Part shown: piece after piece, positions 20,354-31,579 of the stretch | How the letters are laid out: the number at the start of each line of letters is the position of its first letter | How positions within the stretch are numbered: the stretch's first letter is position 1 | Assembly (NCBI GenBank): GCA_000002445.1 | Contig: CP000071.1 | Span: forward strand, 1,856,001 to 1,920,000 | Reading direction: 5' to 3' | DNA length: 64,000 nt | Source: Trypanosoma brucei | Taxonomy: Eukaryota | The notes under the pieces: model-generated | The model's input: the letters and a program-made list of their open reading frames with translations, nothing else | What the model was told of the DNA's origin: nothing | Databases searched by the model: none | Translations under genes and position numbers: made by a program

Positions 20354-23300
20354 TGGTCCGTATTCGTTTCGATAATATGCGGTGCCAAAGAGGGTAATGT
20401 AAAGAGAGAGAGGAGGGGAAACAAAAAAGCAACAAAGAGAAAAAATAATAATGATAATAACAATAAAAATGCGCGGTTTATTCAAGTGCAGTTTGCAAAA
20501 CGGTTGCGGTCGTATTGCTTTTCAGTTACCGTGGATGTGGAAGGGTTCCGCATCCGCATTCCCACTTTGTATGTGTATTTCTCAATGTGTATTTATGTGT
20601 TCATGTGTACGTTTATGTCTGTAGTCGCAGTTGATATGCAAGTTGGGAGCCATTTGGTTCTTGTGACTGCCGTTGGTCACCTTTATTTGTTTGTTTTTGC
20701 GTAATGTGCCTGTTGTTTTTTGTTTTGTTTTTGTTTTTGTTTTGTATCTTTTCCCTTCCACCTCCACCTGTCGCACGCCTCTCTTTTATTTATTTACCTA
20801 TTTTTGTTTGTATCGAGTGATTTGTGACGAAACGCTGTCCTTTATCGTGAGGGGTTCTTGTTTTGTTTTTTTTTTGCATTTACTATGGAGAAGTGAATCA
20901 AAAGGAAAATAAGAGCAAAGGTAAAGAAAAGTGTATCGAGGAACAAATACTGCATGTACACCTGTTGTATTTGTGTTTATTTTACTTATTATTTTTTTTT
21001 GGCATTTTATCATTTTAGTGCGGAGGGCACGGTGCGGTGTGGTGTGATGTGTCCCACGAGCCTGGGTAACATATATATATTTATATATATTATTGTCATT
21101 AAAAATACAACTATATGTTACACATGTATTCCAGAAAGAAATTGAAATGAAAGGAAAAAGAGGGGAAGAATAAGTGCATGTATTGCACAATACCACATCC
21201 ATTTATTTGTTTGGTTTATTTGCCTTGAGCGTCACGGAGAATAAATGTTTAAAGTGTTAGTGTGTGTGTGGGGGGGGGGGTATTGTTATTATTGTGTGAA
21301 GAGGACATATTTGTGTAATGACGTCTAGTGAGATGATGTAAGTCCTTTTATGTATTTAATTTAATTTAATTTATCTTCCCTTGAACCACGATGTGTTTCT
21401 CTCTGCTCTTCACTTCACGTTTACAATTGGCGAGTGCTTTCCTTTTTCTTTGCTCGTATGCGCTACTGTGTGCGTGTGCGTAATATGTATGTCCCCCGTT
21501 TTTTTCTTTCGTTAGTTTTATTTATTTGTTTTTCCCTTTGAGCGTTTACGAAAACAAAAGAAAATAAGTAAGTAATCGTGTCGGCGCGCACTTGGTTTCG
21601 ATCGGACGATGTTAAAAGAAAGTGAAAGGATTTTTTATTTGTTGCTCACGTCTGTGTTCGTGTGAATTCTAGACAATTTTTTTTTTATTTTTTTGCTTGA
21701 ATGAAAGAGAGAATAGTAGAGCGCGACAGGAACGAATCGAGATAAAGGGTTGTTGTTGTTGTTTTTTTCCAAGTGTGAGTTAATAAAATACAAACACGAC
21801 TCGTTACTTTATTATAATTTCCCTTCCCTCTTCATCCCTTCCTCCTCAGTGTTGATACACGTGTGTTTTATCATATTTTTTTTATTAATATTATATTTAT
21901 TTACTTCGATTACTTTAATTTTTTAAAGTCACGCATGCGTGACGCGGTGCACTACGACTTATTTGCATAATATATATATTATGTGTTATATCTTGATATG
22001 AATATTTATGTGCGCGTACGTTGAATTATTATTATTATACGAGTGTGACGAACATATAACGGAGTGAAGTGAAACAAGCCCGCATGTGTCAACCCAAATT
22101 GCAGCACTTTAACACGACTAATATAATGATAATAATAAATATTATTATCATTATTGTTATTAACGCCGGGGCTAACTGTTGCTGCAGCCCCGGATCCTAT
22201 CTTATCGTCGTATATGTTTATCTTTTTACTTTTCTTTTTTTTAAAAAAAAAGATAATAAAGCAGTATTTATATATAAGTTCTTCCCTCCAGATTATTTTT
22301 TGTTACCTTCTTTTTAATTATTATTATTATTATATATATTATCTCCTCTTTTCCCTTTCATTCAATCTCATTATCAACATCATTGCTGTTAACAACATTT
22401 CTTTTATGTGTTTATGTTTACTTCTTACGTATTCGTTTCGTGCTCACTTGAGTTTATGGGTGAATTAACCAGACTGGTGTTTTGTATTTGTTTATGTAAG
22501 TGTGTATAATTTAAAGAAGAAAATGGTTGAAATATGAATAAAGATATAAATATTTGAATGAATAAATAAATAAATATATGCGTGTGTATGTGTATGTGTA
22601 TGTGTCATCCATTACTTTTTGGTCTCCGCGTGGTGGTTGAGGAATGAGAGAAAAATTAAAAAATTAATAGAGAGAAAAGTGTACAGGTATCTGAGAGAAT
22701 GCATTGATTTGATCCTATGAGGTGCATTTTGTTATATAAACTCAATTGCGTATGTATGGGAACGGGAGGGAGTGAAAAGCCTGATTTCTTTCAATAAATA
22801 AATATATAATATGATATGAAAGTTATTTGTTTCTTTTTTTTTCTATTATTATTATTTTGCAATACTTACATCGTTTCGTTATATGTGTTTGATCCCTTCA
22901 CTATCCCTCTCATTCAAACTCCCACAACTTTTCTTCGGGCCATCAACCCTCCACTTAAATATGTCACTTCTTCGTTTTATTTTTGTTTTGCTCATAACCT
23001 GCTGCTGTTTTGGGGTTTTTATTCATTTTATCTGCTCAATTTATTCATATTCGCTTCTCTTCTATTCTATTTTTGTTTCTTTCTTTTCTTTTTTTTTTGT
23101 CGTTTGACATTTCTTTTTCGTTCTTATTGCTGTTAGGTACCCGCAATTGTTTTAGTTTGTATTTCACTCACCTCGCCAGAGCGGCATCTTCTTATTTTGT
23201 TTTATTAGTTCGCTCCCCCTCATTGTCTCTCCTTGGCTTTTCAGCTACTCCAAGAGACAAACAAGAAACAAAAAAAAAAGAACAGAACAGAACAGAAAAA

Positions 23301-24337
23301 AATATATTATTAAAAACAAAAACAAAAGCAAAAAAAGAAAGTAAAAGGGTCACTTTATCTTTTTGTAAACTTCTTCACTTTGATTTCCACTTGTAATTAA
23401 TTGACCTTTCTGTTTCATAGTTCCTGCTCCCTTGTACCTGTTTATTATTATCATTATTACTAGTAGTGTTTGTATTGTTGCGGCTTATTTGCCTTCACGC
23501 TAGTAACTTCGAACCGTTGACGCACGGATCTCATTGATTGATTGGGGAGATATATATATATATATATATATTCTTCCCTATCAAAAATTAAAAAAGAAGG
23601 AAGAGAAAAGAGTATATATTGTTATATAAAGGATTTTAACAACTAAAAGTAAACAAAAGGAGGAAGGGAACCCCGGCGTTTGTTATCAACATACGACGAC
23701 ACGTGAATTCAAGCAAACACCACATATATATTCCCTCCGTTTTTTTGTAAGTTTTTTTTTTTGCCTTTTGGTTTTGGTTTTTTTCTTAAAACAAATCAGA
23801 AGAAAAGGCAAGGAGGCTAATTGAAAAGAAAATACCAAATCGGAATAAATAGGTAAAGGGAGGGTCAAAAAAAAAAAAAAGAACAGGAGAACAAAAAAAA
23901 GGGAAATACCCTTAGTTTTTGGTGAAGTGAGAGAGCCCTGTAGTTTCATTTTTTTTTTTCAAATATATATCACGAAGCGGTACAGCGAAAGGGAAAGGAG
24001 AAGAAGAAGAAAGACTTTATCGAGTTTTTTTTTTCGTTTGCTTTATATCACTTTTGTCGTTGTTTTGTCCTGAGGTGCTTGGACGCGTAGTGCGAAAGAA
24101 ATTAATTTCAGAAGGGAAACCGAATCGACAGGTAGCAGATAAGCCCATTTGCTGTTGTTTTACATCTTTTTAATTCACTCCGTTACTTGTAGAAGCAGAG
24201 GGTCGTGGTTGACTTGTTTGTGGTTTTTTTTGTTTGTCTGTTTTCTTGTTATTGTGTGTGAGTGCATTTGTGCGTTGTAAACTGTTGGCGGGTGAACGAA
24301 AAAATAAATCAATAAATAAAGGAACGGATAGGGGTAG

Positions 24338-25957
24338 ATGAACTTCGAGTTGAGCATCAACACCCCTACGCGTCCCACGCGTTGGGTTTCCAACGAAACG
24401 CCATCACCTCCGGTGAACATTTCCTTCTCGACTCCGGACCGTTTCATTTCCGATCGGAATTCACAGGATAATTCCATATCACATTTCTTCCTCACAACAA
24501 AAGAGAATGTTGTGCCACTGCGTACCGCGTCAGGTCAGAGGGCCCATTCCTCAGTGATGGTGACGCCGCCAAATCGTGGCACGACGGGTGGTGGTGGTGG
24601 TGGGGCCTCTGCTCCACCCGTCTTTGGTGGTGGCGGCGGCAGTAGTGGTGGTGGAAGCCCCAGCAAATCTGCCAAACGCGCCGCTCAATGTAGTTACACA
24701 TGTGCACCAGAGCTCGGTACGGAACCATACACAAATAAACTTGCCCGTACACTTTTCCCGGGCACCCAGTCTACTGTTTTGGGGATTAACAGTCAGGTGC
24801 AACCGCGGCCCGCACCAGAAACAGAGCAGGAGCGGTACAGCAACTCGCTGGGTGTGGTATTCGAGGAAAATCGGGCAAGGAATTTTATGTCAAGAACGTT
24901 CCGGGTTATATCGCGAGCTCCAGAGCGTATTCTCGACGCGGTGGATATGATAGACGACTTTTACCTTCAGCTCATGGATTGGTCCGCAAAGGACGTCCTC
25001 GCTGTGGGGTTGCAAGGGTCTGTCTACCTGTGGTATGAGAAAACATCTAACATTGCGCAGCTCCCGTGCCAACGACCAGCCAACGGGATCATTTGCGGTG
25101 TTAGTTGGAGTGAGGATGGAAATCACTTGGCCCTGGGCGCTGACGACGGCTCAGTGGAGATTTGGGATGTAGAGGCGGAGCGCATTACACGCCGATTGCA
25201 TCACCACACGGATCGTGTGGGGGCTCTCTCATGGAATGGAAGCGTCCTTTCAAGCGGCAGCAAGGACACAACCATTCGTATTAATGATCTACGGGACCCT
25301 CTAGGCACATGGACGCTGCAGGCTCACCGGCAAAGTGTGTGTGGTTTGCGCTGGTCACCTGATGGATTGCGCCTGGCAAGTGGTGGAAACGACAATCAAC
25401 TTCTGCTCTGGGACATGCGCACTTTATCCATGAACTCAACACCCTCCATGTTACTCAATAAGCACACAGCAGCGGTAAAAGCAATTGCGTGGAATCCAGT
25501 GCAACACAATCTTCTGGTTAGTGGCGGCGGTTCTGATGACAAGATGTTGCGCTTCTGGAACACGTCGACCGGTGAGTGCATAAGCAACTTTAACGCAGAA
25601 AGCCAGGTGTGTGGCGTACTGTGGAACCATGGCGGTACAGAACTTGTAAGTTCCCATGGCTATTCCCACAATCGCCTTACAATTTGGAAGTACCCAACGA
25701 TGCGGCGCGTTGCGGACTTGGCAGGGCATACGTCACGTGTTCTGCACATGTGCATGTCAACTGATGGGGAGGTGGTGGTATCCGCAGCAGCTGATGAGAC
25801 AATTAGGTTTTGGCGTTGCTTCTCCCCATGCGAACAAACAAATTACTGCCGAACCCGACACGAGAGCCATCGTGACCCGAATTGCGTACCACCCGGACTG
25901 GGGGTAAATGCGCTTCAGTTGGACACAAGCCTGCGTGATGAGCTCCCCTTGCGCTGA
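24338..25957 (+). CDS. CDC20: CDC20/Fizzy-family APC/C co-activator with a WD40 propeller.
   Basis: N-terminal C-box DRFISDR. Seven WD40 repeats with an LWD/GG..D pattern. Low-complexity G-rich linker. Confidence 0.9.
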   Translation: MNFELSINTPTRPTRWVSNETPSPPVNISFSTPDRFISDRNSQDNSISHFFLTTKENVVPLRTASGQRAHSSVMVTPPNRGTTGGGGGGASAPPVFGGGGGSSGGGSPSKSAKRAAQCSYTCAPELGTEPYTNKLARTLFPGTQSTVLGINSQVQPRPAPETEQERYSNSLGVVFEENRARNFMSRTFRVISRAPERILDAVDMIDDFYLQLMDWSAKDVLAVGLQGSVYLWYEKTSNIAQLPCQRPANGIICGVSWSEDGNHLALGADDGSVEIWDVEAERITRRLHHHTDRVGALSWNGSVLSSGSKDTTIRINDLRDPLGTWTLQAHRQSVCGLRWSPDGLRLASGGNDNQLLLWDMRTLSMNSTPSMLLNKHTAAVKAIAWNPVQHNLLVSGGGSDDKMLRFWNTSTGECISNFNAESQVCGVLWNHGGTELVSSHGYSHNRLTIWKYPTMRRVADLAGHTSRVLHMCMSTDGEVVVSAAADETIRFWRCFSPCEQTNYCRTRHESHRDPNCVPPGLGVNALQLDTSLRDELPLR

Positions 25958-27489
25958 GGAAGCCCGAACGCGTCACGGCTCTGGATCGTCATCTGACGCT
26001 ATACGTATATGTTTTTAAATACATGACAAGGATATCAGGGCGTAAAATATTCATTAAAAGGAAGAGAAACGGTGACATCAGGAAATGGAGGTGAATTGCT
26101 TTAAAGTTTTGTACAGTAATGTTGGAGTGTTAGGCCACTTGGAAGGGGAGCGCGCGGAAAAGTGGTGAAAGCAACGAAAGAAGGAAGAGGAGGGGGTTTG
26201 TATCGTTGAATGGCGAGTGGGAAATTGGAAGGGCTGAGAGGAATGATTGCACGGCGAGGAGAAGGAGAACGGAGCGGAATCTGAACTTTCAGTGCCCCAC
26301 CCTTCCCTTCCCTTCCTGAACCGCATCCCCCAATTCCCACTCGCAAGGGAGCATGCAAAAGCGTACAATTGTATATATGTACATATAAATGACTGTATGG
26401 GCTGTATAGGTGATTGTAAAGATCAATGTCTATATATATATATATTTATATTTATATTGTCTATGACATTTGCGCGTATGTGGCTGAGTGTGTGGAATGC
26501 GGTCAATGTGCCAATGATTGTCGCCCGTTTTTAAAAACTCCCATTAACTCATCCCATGCATTCCACATTTTCTTACCACGCTCCCAAACGTTAGCTTTCT
26601 CTCTCATCATGTTTTCTGCTCATGTTGAACTTGTACCTGTACGTTTCTTTTTAAAATAAAAAAAATGTGGTACCTTACAGCTCAAATTGTATTGAAGAAA
26701 ATGGAGAAGGGAATTCGAAAGGAGGCAGAGCAATGAAACAAGAAGCAGACGGATGAGATGCAAAGGAAGGAGTGGAAGAGAAGCGGGAAGAGACGAGAAA
26801 CGACCATATACACACACACACACATATATATATGTGTGTCGGTGTGTGTTTGTATATGTATATGTATTTTTCCAAATGAGTGAAATAATCGTGGATAACG
26901 CGATGCGTTACGAGTGTTGTTGGGTGAAGAAGTATAGTATGTGACTCTGCGCGTGCGGACTTTTGAGGAACTACCTAATTTTTTCTTTTTTTTCAGGTAC
27001 TAAGACATGGAGATGTATCATCACCTTGTGGTCGTTATTGTCTTAGGTGCTTCTATTTTTGTTTAATTTCTTTGTGGATACCTCGTTCTCGTTCTTTGCT
27101 ACGTTAAAAAGTATTTCGGACCTTCATTCGCCCCTCCTTCCAAAAACGCGTATTCCTTTCGAACGCGAAAAGGAAGGAGGGGCCGCGGGTGGTAGTTCCC
27201 TCTTTCTATTTCCATCCCACCCTTCTGACTTTTTAAAAAAAAAAAGTTGGTATGCTTCAGAGCCATCAGAGTGGCACCATGAAAAATGGGCGTATCATTA
27301 CACACTCACTTCACGCGCTGGTGGGATCTCTCCCCTTTATCTTGTTTGTTCATTTATTAACCCTTTGCCGCATTGCATCACAAAGCGGCGTGTTGTTGGC
27401 AACGAGGGAAAGGTGAGAAGAGGGAAGTTGAGTGTAGGGGCATACATACGGGAGGAAAGAAAAGGGACGAAGGTAAAGGGGGGAAGCAA

Positions 27490-28086
27490 ATGCTCTCACG
27501 CATCAAGAGGCAGCAAGAGGAGGCGCAGGCGGCCACCAGGTCTGGTGGTGAAAGCGCAATAAATCAACCGGGGCAGAAAGAATCCATGGCTGTTTTACGC
27601 CTCAAAAATGATTTAGACAATTTAGACGGTATTTGCAGCAAGGTTGTGATTCCCGATCCAGATAACATGCTGCGGATGAAGGTCACCGTCCGTCCATCCC
27701 GGCCTTCCATTTGGCATGGAGGATTCTTCGATTTCCTTCTAGAGTTCCGTGAGGAATACCCGTACGAAGGCCCAAGAGTGCGGTACGTGGGGCCCAACCG
27801 AGTGTGGCATCCGAACATTGAGGGAAGTGAATTTGCTGAAAAGGAAGGTATGGAGAAGGCATCACGAAAGACGGAGTGGAGTGTTTGTCTAAGTTTCCAG
27901 ACGGATTGGAAACCAACTTTCAGTCTTCGTGATGTTATTATCATGATTGAACTCCTCTTCCAAGATCCCAACCCTGATGATCCGCTACACGGAACGTCAA
28001 AACAGGCGGCACAGATGATGAAAGACGACCCTGTGAGGTTTAGGACGAAGGCTCGTTACTGGATGAGTGGGCATTATATCGACTGA
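27490..28086 (+). CDS. Ubiquitin-like conjugating enzyme E2, UBC12-like (NEDD8-conjugating), with an insertion before the catalytic Cys.
   Basis: UBC fold motifs: the HPN triad (RVWHPNI), catalytic SVCLSF, and a W..P after the Cys. The N-terminal extension MLSRIKRQQEE resembles the UBC12 E1-docking helix. The track start TTG 27373 was moved to the first ATG. Confidence 0.75.
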   Translation: MLSRIKRQQEEAQAATRSGGESAINQPGQKESMAVLRLKNDLDNLDGICSKVVIPDPDNMLRMKVTVRPSRPSIWHGGFFDFLLEFREEYPYEGPRVRYVGPNRVWHPNIEGSEFAEKEGMEKASRKTEWSVCLSFQTDWKPTFSLRDVIIMIELLFQDPNPDDPLHGTSKQAAQMMKDDPVRFRTKARYWMSGHYID

Positions 28087-28467
28087 GTTGTAGCCGCCGA
28101 TTGGGGCTGCTTACTTGAAAATGCGACCACCGAGTGTGTTCTCCTCAAATAAAGGAGTTTGGTGGCGCATCAGGTGGCTCCACAGAAACGGTGTTGCGTG
28201 TAAAATAACTGAAAATTATTGGATATCTCAGGGCGCGTTCCCCTCTCCCCTTTCCGATAGCACACGGCACACGGGGTTGCATTTCGCACTCCGAACCACG
28301 TATATACATCCGTGTATATCGGATGGTGATCTTTGTTTATGTGCTTGCCTTCACTCGCTTTCTTCCCCCCCCCTCCTATTGTGTGTCCTTCTCCCCACAA
28401 AATATGTTAACACACATTTGTGCATTCGTGCGTGCACATTCAAAATGAAACGTGTCACTGTCCGTAC

Positions 28468-29772
28468 ATGTACCAAATGAATGACACGAAAGAACAGAAA
28501 CAAACTGCTACCATCAGTCTGTCAACGATGGAAGAAAAGATGACGAAGATTGACACTGTGATTGGGTCAGCCCTCTTCGGTGCCAACAGACCAAAGGAAA
28601 CGGGGACGCCGTACACAAGCGCGGGTGGGGGCGAGGTGTACTTCAATCCCTCCAACCTTCTTGGCTACGTGTGGAACTATGTTAAGGATGAACGTGCTCG
28701 TGGAGACTCCAGTGGAATGGGTGTGTCTGGACCGGACCTCCACATGCGACCTCCGCAGTGGATGGAAGACAAAAATGTTTCCATTGATGGTACGCCGCTG
28801 ACGGAGGAAGAACTCAGAGCACCCAACTTTTGGCAGACAAAGTACAAACGCGAGCTCGACATTGGGGAAGCTATTCAGGAGGTTAAGCGAACCCGACGGA
28901 CGGAGGCTACACACGATATTGTTGGCTCCATATCGTGGCTTGGGCGCAAACTGGGATGGTCGGAGCCACTGGACGAACAGTACGCTCGTAAAAAGGTGGA
29001 GGAGCGTTACCGACTTCTCGGAGGCCAAGATACCACAGGTTCGGTTGTGGATGAAGCGACGACGGGACAGAAAATAGGGGTAGCCACACCATGGAAGGTT
29101 TTGCTTGAGTCCGTAGAGACTGGAAGACCCGTTGCGAAAGTGGCGAATGAGCGTCGGCTGTGTGTCGACTTTTACGGTGTTGATCATTTTTTCGACGCAC
29201 GACTCCCACTTATCTGGTTCACCACAAAATGCGGCATCGCCGTGGGAATCATTCAGGGATCACTCAAGGCTATCCAAGCGGTGAACGTCGACGTGCAGTT
29301 TCTTAAAGCATCCGGCGTAGGGATCCTTTCCATTCTTAACATGTCAGTGTTTGCCAGTGTCGTAAAGTGGGGTGGAAATTGTGCTCTCTTCTCAACGGCG
29401 TTTTGCTTTGGGGATAGTCTTGCAACATCTTTGAAGTACTTTTTATTGCCTCCACATGATGCACGGCAGCGTAGCATCCTCAACTACTCTCTCGGGTTTG
29501 CCATGTCTGGCTCCACAGTCGGTATCTTACCGTGGTGGATCCTAAGTGACATGAGCTTGGCCTTTCGGCTCAGTGTTTCCGGTGCTTTCGTGGGTGGCAT
29601 ACTCGGCCTTGCAGTCGGAACTGTCATGCGCCGTCTGGTAATACTCAATACGACACGGCTGGAGGCAACAAATCGAGAGCTTCGACGTTATGAGGCCCTC
29701 ATGCGTCGCCAGCGTTGCTGGGTGGAAGAAGAACGGTTAAAGGCAACGAATCAGAGGCTTGTGTGGTGGTAA
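28468..29772 (+). CDS. Hypothetical membrane protein with a C-terminal glycine-zipper multi-TM region.
   Basis: The track ORF starts at GTG 28420. The first ATG lies after the polyY tract. The C-terminal 170 aa have 4 hydrophobic segments rich in GxxxG/A motifs. Confidence 0.5.
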   Translation: MYQMNDTKEQKQTATISLSTMEEKMTKIDTVIGSALFGANRPKETGTPYTSAGGGEVYFNPSNLLGYVWNYVKDERARGDSSGMGVSGPDLHMRPPQWMEDKNVSIDGTPLTEEELRAPNFWQTKYKRELDIGEAIQEVKRTRRTEATHDIVGSISWLGRKLGWSEPLDEQYARKKVEERYRLLGGQDTTGSVVDEATTGQKIGVATPWKVLLESVETGRPVAKVANERRLCVDFYGVDHFFDARLPLIWFTTKCGIAVGIIQGSLKAIQAVNVDVQFLKASGVGILSILNMSVFASVVKWGGNCALFSTAFCFGDSLATSLKYFLLPPHDARQRSILNYSLGFAMSGSTVGILPWWILSDMSLAFRLSVSGAFVGGILGLAVGTVMRRLVILNTTRLEATNRELRRYEALMRRQRCWVEEERLKATNQRLVWW

Positions 29773-30095
29773 GGTTGTGTACACACACACACATCGTTTT
29801 TAATTAGTTGTGCTTACCTGACTGGTCGCTCGTACTGAGGGGAAAGTGCTGCTCATTTCCTTCATGGAGAAAAGATTCTACCGCAACTGCTCACGTGATC
29901 CTTACCCAACTTGAGTTAGCCTGACTTTTAAAAAAAAAAACTGCGGCGCACATTGCTGACGACATCATCATATTCAATTTTTACACATGCCCATTAACAA
30001 GTATTCGTAACCACCTCCAGGGGGGAGTGCAGCAAATAAAAGGGAATAGCGCAAAGGCGGGGCTGGAGAAATTAAAAGGTGGAAAGGCGTAGCGA

Positions 30096-31214
30096 ATGAA
30101 CAGGGGGTCGGTGGCCGGCGCTATTGCTCTCAAACGGCGATGTCATCATGTAATTGACGCATTGGGTGCCAGGACTCCGCCAGAAGCGTTTCTTTTCCGC
30201 GGGAATGCTTACATGGCTTTGGGCCAGCCGTACTTTGCCTTAGCGGACTACAACACGGCGGCTCAAGTGTTGCAGCTATCGGGCCAGCATCAGCAGCGCT
30301 GTCAGGAAGCACTGCTGCGCTTCCCGCCGCACCAAGTAGGTGTCTACCCGGCCGACAACTCACACCTACACATTCATGTGCATCCATACCTCAACGAGGA
30401 ATGCGAAGTGAAACAAATTGATGCCGTGATCGGTCGTGGAATTGTGGCGAGGGAAAACCTCAAGAAGGGCACAGTTGTAATCCAGCGGGCCGAACCTTGG
30501 ATGCGGTACCCGGTTGCTGACGGCCTCTGCGCACTGTGCACCAAACCTCTGCCAGAGAGGTTCTTTACATGCACAAACCCCCGTTGCCACGAGGAATACT
30601 GCAGCCGCGATTGTAGAACAATAGCTCTTTCTCGTTATCACTCTCGTACTTGTCGCATAGAGGGTTTGCAAGCTATCGAACTTGACTTATTCTCACAAAT
30701 GAAATCATCTGAAGCAGCTACAGACAAAAACTCAGCGGCCGCCCAACTGCTGATGCTGCGTGTTTTAGCTGCATCGCTGCAGCAGCAAATTGTTCCTTCA
30801 GCGCTGAGTGAAGTGCGTATTCTAAGCGGTAGGTTGCTCTTCTCCCCAGCAGCCCTCGCAGGAAAGTTTCTGGAAATCTACGAACGTTTCACCAGGGCAT
30901 GTTCCACCTCCACCTCCATTCCCTACGAGGAAATGATTGGAGTTTTGGCGCGTGTGACAACCAACTGTTTCCACCGGGAGAATTGTGTAGAGCTGAGCCT
31001 TCCCCGCTCTCTCCTGAACCATTCGTGTGACGCAAACGTAGCGGAGGATGCTGAAACGGGGGAGATGAGAACGACGCAGGATGTCGCACGGGGTACAGAA
31101 CTCACCATTAATTACTATCCACAACTGAAGGAACTGAATTATAAAAGCCGCTCGAGAGAGCTCGAGCGGCGTGGCTTCGTTTGCTGTTGTTCCCGATGCA
31201 GGAGGGAGAGGTAA
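30096..31214 (+). CDS. SET-domain protein with a MYND-type zinc finger and N-terminal TPR-like region (SMYD-like), 372 aa.
   Basis: MYND finger CALCTKPL...CTNPRCHEEYCSRDCRTIALSRYHSRTC. SET motifs NHSCDANV and ELTINY. C-terminal CCCSRC post-SET. Confidence 0.8.
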   Translation: MNRGSVAGAIALKRRCHHVIDALGARTPPEAFLFRGNAYMALGQPYFALADYNTAAQVLQLSGQHQQRCQEALLRFPPHQVGVYPADNSHLHIHVHPYLNEECEVKQIDAVIGRGIVARENLKKGTVVIQRAEPWMRYPVADGLCALCTKPLPERFFTCTNPRCHEEYCSRDCRTIALSRYHSRTCRIEGLQAIELDLFSQMKSSEAATDKNSAAAQLLMLRVLAASLQQQIVPSALSEVRILSGRLLFSPAALAGKFLEIYERFTRACSTSTSIPYEEMIGVLARVTTNCFHRENCVELSLPRSLLNHSCDANVAEDAETGEMRTTQDVARGTELTINYYPQLKELNYKSRSRELERRGFVCCCSRCRRER

Positions 31215-31579
31215 CCTTACCGCACAGGCTTTGTTGTGAAACCACCGGCTGTGTGGTTGAGAAGGTGCGCGGTATCCTTGTCTGTTTATGGTGCGTGAGT
31301 GGTGGAAAAGTTTCCGATGTCCGAATCTCGTGACCCTTCGGCAACCGTGTAATGAGCAACCCACAAAGCGCTCGCGCATCCGAAAAAAAGTTGAGTTTCC
31401 TTGCGCGAGGGCCCCCTAAATGTGTGATTCCCCGAGGTTTATTTTTTTTATTATTATCCCCTTTCTTTGTGGATGACTTTGCAATTTCTTTCCCAGTGCG
31501 TGTATGGCTGTAGTGAAGCATAATAGCACATAGGAAAAAGCGTGTAGGGTTTTATTATATTACAACCGGCTTCATAACG

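Noticed and set aside
21270-21280. G11 homopolymer after (GT)5 as a possible G-quadruplex.
   Set aside because: It is a single G-run. It could form only an intermolecular or slipped structure, and it is more likely a simple homopolymer.
30095-30097. The apparent ATG of the SET-MYND gene counted by line position falls one base before the track start 30096.
   Set aside because: Codon counting from downstream anchors agrees with the track. I treated it as a hand-counting offset, and it is the reason hand-derived coordinates are quoted as plus or minus 1.
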